Assembly: GCA_964234715.1 (NCBI GenBank)
Contig: OZ174277.1
Reading direction: 5' to 3' (one strand)
DNA from: Podarcis melisellensis
Lineage: Eukaryota
Length of the DNA: 64,000 nucleotides
Position 1 is the stretch's first letter. Each line of letters opens with the position of its first letter. The notes below the pieces were generated by a model. The model did no database searches, was not told where the DNA came from, and was given only the letters and a program-made list of their open reading frames with translations. Made by a program: the position numbers and the translations under genes. Positions 1-10,929 of the stretch are shown here, piece by piece.

Positions 1-19
1 CTGCTTGAAAATATACAAG

Positions 20-92
20 AAAGGAGAGTCTACAACAAGCAGCGCTTACTGTCAGAAAGTTCTTCCTGGTGTTTAGACAGAATCTTCTTTCA
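20..92 (-). mobile_element. Short degraded CR1 LINE 3'-region fragment
   Basis: aaggagagtctacaac...cttactgtcagaaagtttcttcctggtgtttag resembles the clearer CR1 copy at ~62535-62630 in this window. Confidence 0.55.
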
Positions 93-1357
93 AGTGGACC
101 CTTTAAAAATGTATGTGTTGTTTTTTAAAAATTAAAGCAAGGAAGCATTCTTGACATGGCGGAACACTTCTAAGTTGGAAGAATGTAACCTGGTTCATTG
201 TTTTTTCTTTCTAGGACTAAATGCTAAATAGTAGATACACATGCATCCTTTATTTTACTAAATAAGCCTGGGGTAGGGATTGCTCATCACAAGTAATCTC
301 ATAGACACTATTGAACAAGTGCCGGCAGCATTCATACTTATTTGTAACACCGCACTGGCTTGGGCTGCTGTGAGCCATCTTCCATTTTCTCCAGGCACCT
401 TTTGAATATTTTTAGACAACTGTAGTACTGATGTGACATGACAAACACCATGACTTGAGAGAAATACAGGTATGTGTGCTACAGGCAGTAATAGCTCTAC
501 AGTGCCACTTCCACATTTCTTAAAAGTTATCTGTACACAACCTTGGACTTGCCCAGATTGTCTCTGATACTAAATTTTTCTTAGGCCAAATGTAATAAAT
601 ATGGCACTCCAAGTGACGTTTGGGCAGCTTGCCCCCACCTCCGCTCTCATGTTTAGTATTTGGCTACCGGAACTGCATATTCCTCTGAAGCAAAGGAGCC
701 AACTCCTAGGGGCCGTGGGGTCTTCAGCTCCCACAATAAAATATTTGAGACTAGCTGGGCCCCCGCAGAGTTTATATGTGCGCATTGTGTCATGTGATCG
801 ATTATGTGGGGCAGGGCTTACCTGGGCCCCCACAATATTTCATTCAGGTTGGCACCCCTGTTCTGAAGGCAGTGCTAGCATGCAGATAGCTGCATCTGAT
901 TGGGATGGCACATGTGGTAAAGAACTTTGAAATGTTCATTTATGTACTGTGGTGTCACAGGATAGGCTTTTGAGTGACTTCCGTATCGGGAATAAAACAT
1001 TTAAAATAAACTCTTATGGATAACAATAGCCCTGGCTTCTTTAGATGTTGTGCTTTCCCCTCACATAAATGATTCTCATTTGAGATTTTCATGTACACTG
1101 GCAATAGTGTGGGCCACACTTGCCCATCCAGCAACCCCATGAGTAATAACGGGTGTTCCCATGCTCTTCTGGGGATGCAAATGAAGCAATCAAATGGGCA
1201 AGACATACCTATTTCCCACCTCCTGGTCAGTTTGCCAGTAGTAAGTTAAGTACAGTAACCTTTACAATACAAAGTTTATATTTTCAGAAGTGCTGCTGAC
1301 TGGCCAGTTATATCCTCTTCCTCTTTCTGAGTAGGTACACCTGTACATCATGCTCTG

Positions 1358-1440
1358 TCATGGATGCTTTAGTGGAGATTCCTGCATTGCAGGGCATTGT
1401 ATCCCTTCCAACTCTAAAATTGTATCCTTCTATGATGTTA
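1358..1440 (+). mobile_element. CR1 3' tail fragment
   Basis: catggatgcttt..gagattcctgcattgcaggg..cccttccaactctaaaatt matches the reverse complement of the CR1 3' end at 62411-62500. Confidence 0.6.
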
Positions 1441-4179
1441 TGAACCCTCTATCTACTGTTCTTGCTGTCCATTGAGCAGCAGATTGTGTTTAAGATCTAA
1501 TATTAACTGTGCTGTTTCTTCTAGCTTCTCTAATGCAGAATCTGCATTATGGCAAGGAAGGACACATTCCATATTGCTCTTGAAAGCGAATGTAGGCCAT
1601 CAGTATGTAATAACTGGAGCTGGAACTCTGCCAGAACATTTGGATTAAGTACCTACATGGAGAAAATATGGCCTGGGGTCTTTAATTAACTGAAGTAATT
1701 ATCATCTCTCCTTTACATCTTATCCAGCAGATGGCATCTCCAGAAAGTCAACTTTTCCTTACCACTCCTCCCATACTAGGGGCACTAAAACTGCAAACAG
1801 GCAACCACTCAGTTAGCGTCGTCAGCGTTTACAGCACCAAATATAAACCCTATGCAAGCTACCTTCATGTAGCTTACAGAAGATATCACTTCATAAGATT
1901 CAATAAATTCTCTCAGCAGCGCATGGGACTTAGCCGAGGATAGTTAGAGAAGAAAGGGTATGTACTCTTAACCCAGCTGTTCCACTTATTTCTAGGAAAC
2001 ATGTTATTTTTGCCAGATAACTCATTTCTCTAGATAGCACTCGTCATTTTTGCAATCATTAATTTCAAGTGCAGAAAGGATGCCATTTGAAAAGATAATG
2101 CATAAAATATGTGGATATCTAGCCCAGTCCTCTCTTTCCAACCTTTTCTGTCGGACAACAGTCAACATTTCAGAGTAGATCATCTTTGCCCCAGCAAATG
2201 CATATACGTAATTGAATGATTTGAGTATTGCCAACAGTGCAACATGGCCAAGAAACATTTTATTTCGCAGGGTCACATTCCAAATGCATTAGTTCTTATG
2301 AACAGTATTTTTTCCCTGCTAAACAACTCATACAATGGCTGTCTACGTACTTCCATTGAGCAACAACTCCAGCTCAGTTCTCCCCATCACTATTTATTAC
2401 AGGAGCTCCTATGACAAAGTAGCGCTAACTATCAGCTTGGCCGTTGCAGTGCAGATGCAGTATTCTCATATGTTGCCGTGAACCAGTTGTTACTCAGAAA
2501 TTTGCAGGTTTCCAGGTATTGAAAATCTTGGAAGTAGTGTGTGATATACTTTGGTATCTAACAGCCACACAGCAATCAGTTTTAAGTTGGCTATTCAGCT
2601 TTGTTCAAGTGGTGTTATATTACTCCCACTGTTCCAAATTATGAAACACGATTGTTGCAAGAAAAATCTTAATTGCCCTTTTGCTGCGTATCTTGTACTG
2701 CTTTTTTCTTGAAAAGTGCAGGAAGTCTTAAGCCAATTGAAAGTTGCGAAAATTAATTAAAAAATTAAGAAGTCACCAGGTCTAGATAGTACACAAGAGT
2801 TTCAAAAGAGATCACATTGAAATAGTGGATTTTTGAAAATAAAATTTGTCATTAAAATCTGTTTATGGGGTGTAATGAATACATCACATCCCATAAAGTA
2901 GGGGGGAGCTTATTAAGTATTGTTAAGATTTTTAACAATTAAAACATTAAAAAGATCAAAAACCACGCTTGTTGGTTCCCTACCTTCTTTCTGTCTTTAT
3001 TAGTTTTGTAATGCACATGGATAAGGTTCTGGAGAAAGGCATGTGTTGCATCTCCCATCATCACAAGAACAGTGCTGTGCAATACAGGAAACTGCTAAAG
3101 GAAACTGGGAAGTGCTTAATTCACCCTTCATCTCCAGTCACTGGCTTGTCGTCTCTGAATGTTAATAAATAGTAAGAGGTGTGTTATTATCTAATAACCA
3201 GGGTGCCTTACAACCCCCTGCCCAGAAATCGGAATTAATAAAGAACTCCTCAAATAATTCTCAGTGTCCTGGTGCTGAGGACAGCCTCCTGATTTACTGC
3301 AACATCCTGAAGAGCTTCTCCCTATGCCTCCCGCCTTGGAATTAATAATATTTGCCCTCCAGTTTCTCTCTCTTTCCCTGCCTCCCTCTCTCCAGCTCTC
3401 TTGCAAGTGCCCAAGCTGCATTGCAGCAAGATGTATTTGTGTTCTAACTTGCCTCTTCATGCCAGTTCAGTTCCCCACATGTCCTTCTGGCACCTGCCAC
3501 TTTTTCTTCTCCATATTTGCCACTAGGGTCTTCCTGCCTCTCTATTTCTTATTAGTTTTAACCAATGAGTTGCCAGTCCATCCTAAATTATAGTGCCTAT
3601 ATGGTCCGTCTTTTATTTCAGTAAGAACCTGCATGTTATTCAATCTTTGTCTTTTAAGGTTTGGCCTGTTGTCCAGTTACTGGTATGTGTAATTTACCCC
3701 ATGACTTTGAGCTGAAGACCCAGCATATGTTTCTCTCATACATACACATTACCCCAGCACATGTAAATGAGGGCATGCAGCAGTAACCCCAAGGATCTGT
3801 GGTGAGACCCGTGTTATTTAATTTATAAGGGTCAGGGATAAGCATTGCGGTGGCCTGTGATGTCTGTGAATGACATCAAATGATTGAGGATGACGGAAAC
3901 CAGTCAGCTGTGTAGAGCTCTGGAAGGGCCAAGTGGGTGGCTGCAGGAAATTGGGATTGTGGTAGATGAAACCCCGTGACCCAATGGGTAGCAGTGTCAC
4001 ATAAGACAGACTCCTTGCTGATCTTGAAAAAAGGCAAGGGACTGAAAATACAGCCGCTAAACTGTACACACTTGGGAGTGGGTCCTAGGGAATCTAACAG
4101 GACTTACTTCTGAGTAGACATTGATAAACTGTACGGCAAAACAGCAAGCACAACAGTACCCCTATGCATGCTTATAATC

Positions 4180-4235
<56 letters not shown>

Positions 4236-4972
4236 TTATTATTTATACCCTGCCCATCTGGCTGAGTTTCCCCAGCCACTCTTGGCGGCTCCCAATCAGT
4301 GTTAAAAACAGTACAGCATTACATATTAAAAACTTCCCTGAACAGGGCTGCCTTAAGATGTCTTCTGAACGTCAGGTAATTCTTTATCTCTTTGACATCT
4401 GATGGGAGGGCGTTCCACAGGGCGGGCGCCACTACCGAGAAGGCCCGCTGTCTGGTTCCCTGTAGCCTCACTTCTCGCAATGAGGGAACCGCCAGAAGGC
4501 CCTCGGCGCTGGATCTCAGTGTCCGGGCTGAACGATGGGGGTGGAGACGCTCCTTCAGGTATACAGGACCAAGGCCGTTTAGGGCTTTAAAGGTCAGCAC
4601 CAACACTTTGAATCGTGCTCGGAAACGTACTGGGAGCCAATGCAGATCTCTCAGAACCGGTGTTATGTGGTCCCGGCGGCCACTCCCAGTCACCAGTCTA
4701 GCTGCCGCATTCTGGATTAATTGCAGTTTCCGGGTCACCTTCAAAGGTAGCCCCACGTAGAGCGCGTTGCAGTAGTCCAAGCGTGAGATAACTAGAGCAT
4801 GCACCACTCTGGCGAGACAGTCCGCGGGGAGGTAGGGTCTTAGCCTGCGTACCAGGTGGAGCTGGTAGACAGCTGCCCTGGGCACAGAGTTAACCTGCAC
4901 CTCCATGGACAGCTGTGAGTCCAAAATGACTCCCAGGCTGTGCACCTGGTCCTTCAGGGGCACAGTTACCAC
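4180..4972 (-). mobile_element. L2-clade LINE, 5'-truncated young copy (ORF2 C-terminus, 3' UTR, (TTA)n tail)
   Basis: Uninterrupted 217-aa ORF 4319-4972 with L2 motifs SRLDYCNALY, LQLIQNAAARL, DHITPVLRDLHWLPV; ends in a simple-repeat tail seen as (TAA)n at 4183-4215 on +. Confidence 0.9.
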
Positions 4973-5029
4973 ACTGAAATACTATGTGCAACTCTGATCA
5001 TTCCGTCTCAAAATGCACATCACAGGGTT

Positions 5030-5620
5030 GTGAAATGTGCAGAAAAGGGAATCCCCAATGATCAAAGGGTTGCAGCCTCTTTCATGTGATGCAAGGTTAA
5101 GTGTCTGGGCCTGTTTGGCTTGGCAGGGATGGGGGAGTATCTGAGGGAGTATCTAACACAGATTTATTACACATCATATGGAGAAAGTTAATTTATTTCT
5201 TCGTCTCTCTGCTATATCAATGAAATCTTACTGCATCTCAGTAAAAATTAGATTTAGGACAGGCAATGGAATATATTTAGGATAGACAAAATAAAACATA
5301 GAATCATAGAACTATAATGTTGGAAGGGACCACAAGGGCCATCTAAGTCCTACCCCCTGCAAAGCAGGAATCTTTCTGTCCAGCATGGGGCTCAAACACA
5401 CAACCCTGCAGGTAAGAGTCTCCTGCTCTCCCAACTGAGCTGTCCAATACAGTGTATGGAATTCACTGCCGTTGGAGTTAGCAATGGGCACTGGCTTATA
5501 GAAGGCTTTAAAATGTGATTGGGCAAATTTAATGGAAATTAGCCAGAAGTGCTAAATAGAACCTCCAGGTTCAGATGCAGCATAGCAGTTACCAGGAGAG
5601 GCAGAGGATGCTCTTGTCTT
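5030..5620 (+). mobile_element. Old degraded CR1-type LINE fragment interrupted by a tRNA-derived SINE
   Basis: gtgcagaaaaggg..aatgatcaaagggttg, atttaggatagacaaa, tggaattcactgcc..ggctttaaaa are CR1 ORF2-end motifs. Confidence 0.5.
5296..5444 (-). mobile_element. tRNA-Lys(CTT)-headed SINE with CR1-derived tail
   Basis: Reverse complement aligns to 22245-22389 (agctcagttgg.agagca.gagactctta...cccttccaac...ttctatgattct). Confidence 0.75.
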
Positions 5621-6541
5621 GAATTCCTGGAAGCATCTGCTTGGTCACTTTGGGGGGAAAGGATGCTAGACTAAATGGCCTATTGGCCTCACCCATCAGG
5701 GTTCTTTTGTTGCTCTACTCTCATCTTTCTTGACTCAGGTGGTCAGCCTCATTTGTTTCCCCTTTTGTCCAGGTAGAAGAGCAATGCCTGCTGCAAATGC
5801 TTAATCTGCATGGAAAGTATATAAGCTGATTTGTGTATTATCCTCACTGTTTCAGTCGTCCTGACCATGTCCAGAATACTCGTCATCCCAATATAGTGCA
5901 GCTGTTTTGAATCATCAGCCTGTTTCCTCGCATTCAGTGTTTTGTTTTGTTTTTATAGGTGAGCAGTAAGACTAAATTTCTGTTCTTTAAAGGGATTGTG
6001 TTGCAAAAGATCTTTTACTTGAGACATCTGGAGCTATTTGCTCTGCAGGCAACTTACTTTAATGCGGTTGCTCTCTGTGTGAATTACACTGGATTACGTA
6101 GGTTGTTCTCTAGAAGCTGGTGGCTCGATGGCTCTGCTCTGGGGCAGGAGGGATAGACTAAATGGTGTTTAGTCTATCCCAAGTGTACAGTTCTGAGAAG
6201 AAACACTTAGTCATGCTTCTCACTTAGAGGAAAATTGCATTATTAAAGATTGTAACTTGTTACAGTAGTGCAATTTTGGACTTGTATCTGTATGAGGACA
6301 TACACAACATGTCCATTTCACTTGTGCAATTATAACACTGAGCATAAATATGCAACTGAACGGCAATACATCTTCCATTTTACAAAGACAACTGTCTAAC
6401 ACTAAGGGGAGCTTCTTTTGAAATAACATATGTTGAGAGATTCAGGGCAGACAAAACAAAGTACTATGCAGCACATAGTTAAACAATGGAACTCACTCCC
6501 ACTGGAGCCAGTGATGGCCGCCATCTTGGATGGCTTTAAAA

Positions 6542-7242
6542 CATGGCTGGCCCAAGACATTTTGGCACCTGAGGAGAACCACAAAATGGCACCCCCTCCT
6601 GCTACGCTAGAAGAAGTGGGTGAAGCTCTACATCAGGAACAAGCTGTGTGTGGGAGGATAAAGATCTTTATCAGGAGCAAGGGAGGGGGAATAAAATCAT
6701 CCCGCTTGGACTACTGCAATGTGCTCTACGTGGGGCTACCTTTGAAGGTGACCCGGAAACTACAACTAATCCAGAACGCGGCAGCTAGACTGGTGACTGG
6801 GAGCAGCCGCTGAGACCACATAACACCGGTCTTGAAAGACCTACACTGGCTCCCAGTACGTTTCCGAGCACAATTCAAAGTGTTGGTGTTGACCTTTAAA
6901 GTCCTAAATGGCCTTGGCCCAGTATACATGAAGGAGCGTCTCCACCCCCATCATTCTGCCCGGACGCTGAGGTCCAGCGCCGAGGGCCTTCTGGCGGTTC
7001 CCTTGCTGTGAGAAGCCAAGTTACAGGGAACCAGGCAGAGGGCCTTCTCGGTAGTGGTGCCTGCCCTGTGGAATGCCCTCCCACCAGATGTCAAAGAGAA
7101 CAACAACTACCAGACTTTTAGAAGACATCTGAAGGCAGCCCTGTTTAGGGAAGCTTTTAATGTTTAATGCATTACAGTATTTTAATATTTTTTTGGAAGC
7201 CGCCCAGAGTGGCTGGGGAAGCCCAGCCAGATGGGAGGGGTA

Positions 7243-7284
<42 letters not shown>

Positions 7285-7625
7285 CCTTACCAGACAAATG
7301 AAGTGGGGAATCAGACTGTCAGGTGGGGGGAGAGGGACCTGCTCTGAAGAACACTGGGTGGGTGCAGAGCCCAGGAGACCCCACAGAGCAGCCCCCACTA
7401 TTTCCTCTCTTAAGTGTGGGAGGAGACCAGCAGTGTCTCCTATTCACTGAGGGGCTGCAATAGAGGTGGCATGGGAGGGGCTGCCAGGGAAGCGCCTCTA
7501 AGGAGCGAGCTGCAGCCATCGATGCCACCTTGGCTGCAGCAGTGGACAATACATTCCTTTGCTGACCATGGATGCTGCCACCTGAGGTGGTCACCTCACT
7601 TCGTCCCATGGGTGGGCCAGCCCCG
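6542..7625. mobile_element. Non-autonomous hAT-like DNA element containing a nested L2
   Basis: Perfect 8-bp TSD ctttaaaa (6534-6541, 7626-7633); TIRs catggctggccca / tgggccagccccg (11/13 match). Confidence 0.75.
6698..7284 (+). mobile_element. L2-clade LINE 3' fragment with (TTA)n tail and an in-frame stop
   Basis: SRLDYCNVLYVGLPLKVTRKLQLIQNAAARLVTG, near-identical to the 4180-4972 copy; TGA at 6811-6813; tail 7243-7284. Confidence 0.9.
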
Positions 7626-8371
7626 CTTTAAAAGAGGTTTAGATTCATGGAGAGTAAGACCAAGCGGTAAAACTAATGCCTGATGCAAACTTTTATAATT
7701 CTATAAAATCAATGTACAATGTACAAATGAGATGGGCATATTTGAAGATGCTAATTCCCCAAACTTGATATTTGCTCTGCTGTCTGATTTTTCCATCCTG
7801 TGTTTCAGACCCCTCCAGTGCCTGACTGAGCAGTACACTTAAGGCACTATATAAAAATGCATTGTTGCTAAATATTTCAAAACTTTAATTGTGACCTTGG
7901 AAAGATCCCTTACGTTTAACAACTCTAGGAACCCATCTATGCCCGAATGCTATAGTAGAAGTGGACTTTGGCAAGCTAGTCAATATTTGCCTTTTTGATA
8001 TTCTTTTGTTATTGGTTTGTCTTCATGCTTGAAAAGCATAGTATAACCACATTTAAAGATACTAGATCATTGTGTCTCCTTTCTCCTTATAATGCAGCCT
8101 AGCCCTATACTGTTGGTAAAACAGACTGAAAACTCACCTACTCTGTTGCATGATGTTATGATATATCTGATGCTATCATAGTTCAATGCATCTAAGAAAA
8201 TGACTCCTAATCCTTAATGTGCAGGAATCCTTAATGTGCTAATCTACAGATTTTTGTAATGTGGTTGTGATGTCGTCATCAGCATCATTAAATTAAATTT
8301 GTACACTACCTTTCATCAAAAGATCTCAGGGCAGTTCACAATTTTCATATAATTTACCCTTTGATTTAAAT

Positions 8372-8507
8372 CAGTGTTTCCCAAACTTGGGTCTCCAGCT
8401 GTTTTTGGACTTCAACTCCCATCATCCATAGCTAGCAAGACCAGTGGTCAGGGATGATGGGGACTGTAGTCTAAAAACAACTGGAGACCCAAATTTGGGA
8501 AACACTG
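8372..8507. mobile_element. Palindromic hAT-like MITE (136 bp)
   Basis: cagtgtttcccaaacttgggtctccag ... ctggagacccaaatttgggaaacactg; imperfect 8-bp TSD atttaaat/gtttaaag. Confidence 0.85.
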
Positions 8508-8936
8508 GTTTAAAGTAATGAAATAAATGGTCTGCGAGTCATAATCACTATTGTATTAGCTGCAGTGCTTCATGCTTCTTGTTTTGTGGACTCCTGGATG
8601 ATTTAGACTTGAGAAAACAAAGGTAGCTCAGAAATCAAACAGTTCAGTGACAGAACAGTTCACTGACAAACCCCAGTGAAACCTTCCTTTGGGGGCCGAA
8701 TATTTTGGAGATTTGTTGATCTTCCATATTTTTTTGGAACGGTTTTGGCTGGAAATATGTTTTAACCTGCCCAAAGCCCCCAGGATAAGAATTTTAAATT
8801 AGCACAACCTACACTGCGGGAAAATGCCGGTAGATTCCCCAGACTCGGAGCACATTTTGCCTCATCGTGCGTTCATTATAGATGCAGCATGTATCAACGA
8901 CGGCAATTAAACAGCAGGCAATCTGTGAAGTTCACC

Positions 8937-8946
8937 CTATAAATAA
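8937..8946 (+). promoter_or_regulatory. MEF2-consensus/TATA-like site CTATAAATAA
   Basis: Exact match to YTA(W)4TAR; motif match only. Confidence 0.4.
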
Positions 8947-10906
8947 CCAGAGTGAACTTGATCAGTTGCCCTTCACCCTAGTTTGCTATAATGGGCGGAC
9001 CACTTTCTGATAATAATGCAGCCCTACCTAGTCGCCTTCCCGCCAGAAAACCAAAAGGACCCACGTTGGGTCGGACCAGACGTCGTCCTTCTTCTACCGC
9101 CTAACCCAGTGCCCAGTCTCCAGCAGGGAGCCGTGGCAATGGTGCAGGAAGGTACAAAGCAGGGCATGAAGGGTCTCCCTCAGCATCTGGCGTTGAAAGG
9201 TCTCCTGCTGCCTCACAGGCAGACGCAACGGCAGCCTCGAGCTCTCCTCCTCCTCCTCCTCCAGATCGCGGCACCTGGCCTCCTCCTGCCTGGCCTCGCA
9301 GCAGCGCCTCATCTGTTTCCTATCAATGGCGCGCTGGCTCGGGGAGGATGAAAGGGCGGCAGGGCGGGAAACGCCAGGCTCTCCCCCTAAACAACAATGG
9401 CCTCCTTGAGGAGAGAGCAAATTATGCCCTCAGCCCATGTGTGGCAGGAGGAGCCATTCAGCGGGGAGAGGCTGACTGAGGGGATCTTAACCTGAGGGGG
9501 GATGGCGTGGCGGGGGGGGGGGAGAGGGAAAGGTGGCTGCCCTTTCGCCTTAGCTGGACACGGAGCGGAGGAAGGCGAGAGAGAGAGAGAGAGAAAGAGG
9601 GTTTTATATTATATAATTTTTATTAAAGGTTTTCTTGAGGCGGGGAAAGGTTTCCTCACACACACACACTCTCCCCTCTTTGCTTAGCCAGCCAGTTCCA
9701 GCGCCTCTCTCGCGTCTCTCCTATTCCTCTTCTAACCCTGGGGGCATCCTGAGGAGAGCACATAATATAGATATATGTACGCGCGCGCGCACACAACATA
9801 CAGTATAAGCGTGTACACACACACACACACACACACACACAATCTTTTACTATTCATTCAGGGGGGCATGAATGTGCAGAAACAGGACTGACTGGTTTCA
9901 CGCGCTCCTTCGCTTTGGGAGCGAGCCTCTCTCTCTCTCTCTCTTCATTATCATCCACCACAACAGCCGCCTGCACACACTATAGCGAGGGCGGGAGGGA
10001 GGAGGCAGCCCTCGCACCCTCAGGAGCAGCAGCGGGCACTGAGGGCAAAGCCTGAGAGGGGCCGCCGGCGGGACTTGGAGCGAGGCAAGCGCAGCCACTG
10101 CTCCCAAAGAGCCGCGGGGTAAGGAGAAGGTGTTGCGGTCTGGGTCGAGGGGTGAAGCGGCCGGCGTGGCCCCCAGAAGCGCGTCTGGCGAGGAGGGGGG
10201 AAGGGGCTGGGGCGGCGGGCGACGCTGCTGCTGCCGCCCAGGGTTAAAAGGGCGCCCCCGAGATGGACTCCGCTTTCGCTCCGGCGGCGCTGGCACTCTC
10301 TCTCTCCCAGCGCAGAGATGGCTCTTCAGGCGCTGCCTTGGACAAGGGGGGAAGGAGATGGAGGAGGAGGAGGCAGCTGAGGCGGGGAAGGCTGTGTGTG
10401 AGAGAAAGGGGGAGAGGGAGGGAGGGAGACCCTCCAAGCCGCTTGAGGAAGAGGAATAAGCTGAGGCTCAAAAGTGACCGCCTGAAGGAGGGACATGACG
10501 CAGCGGCTGTGGCTCTGGCGCCCTTTTCCTGAGGGGAAGGTGGGGCGGCCGGGGGGGGGGAGGGAGATACTGAGGTGACCGGCGTGTGTTTGCGTGGGGT
10601 CTCCACCTTGGGAGGCGAGCTGCCTCTTCCCTGCAACCTCTTCCCCAGCTTCTGCCCGGGGGGTGAGGGCGGGGAGAAAGGGGTGATGATGGAGGTGGTG
10701 GTGGAGGCGGCGGGAGCTGGCAACCTCTCGTCTTTTGAGGAAGGGTGAAAGTAGCGGGAAACCAGCCGCTCTCCTCCTCCTCCTCCTCCTCTGCCCTCGC
10801 CGCTCCCTCCCGCCTCCCGCCCTCTCTCCCTCCTTCGCCAGAGCGCGCGCGCGCGCGCCGTGCCAAGCTCTCCATTAGGGAGAAGCTCCCGACTCTTTCC
10901 GCGGGG

Positions 10907-10929
10907 TTATAAATAACCGGGCCACTTGA
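10907..10929 (+). promoter_or_regulatory. MEF2/TATA-like site TTATAAATAA next to an NKX2-type site CACTTGA
   Basis: ttataaataa 10907-10916 is an AT island within GC-rich DNA; cacttga 10923-10929; motif match only. Confidence 0.45.

Larger units (their letters stand above)
6430..7660 (+). mobile_element. CR1-type 3' fragment split by a hAT-like insertion
   Basis: agattcagggcagacaaa..tggaactcactccca..ggatggctttaaaa resumes after 7625 as ctttaaaagaggtttagattcatggag. Confidence 0.7.

Noticed and set aside
4319-4972. Cellular or novel reverse-transcriptase gene
   Set aside because: 5'-truncated L2 ORF2 C-terminus with a simple-repeat tail and several sibling copies in the window
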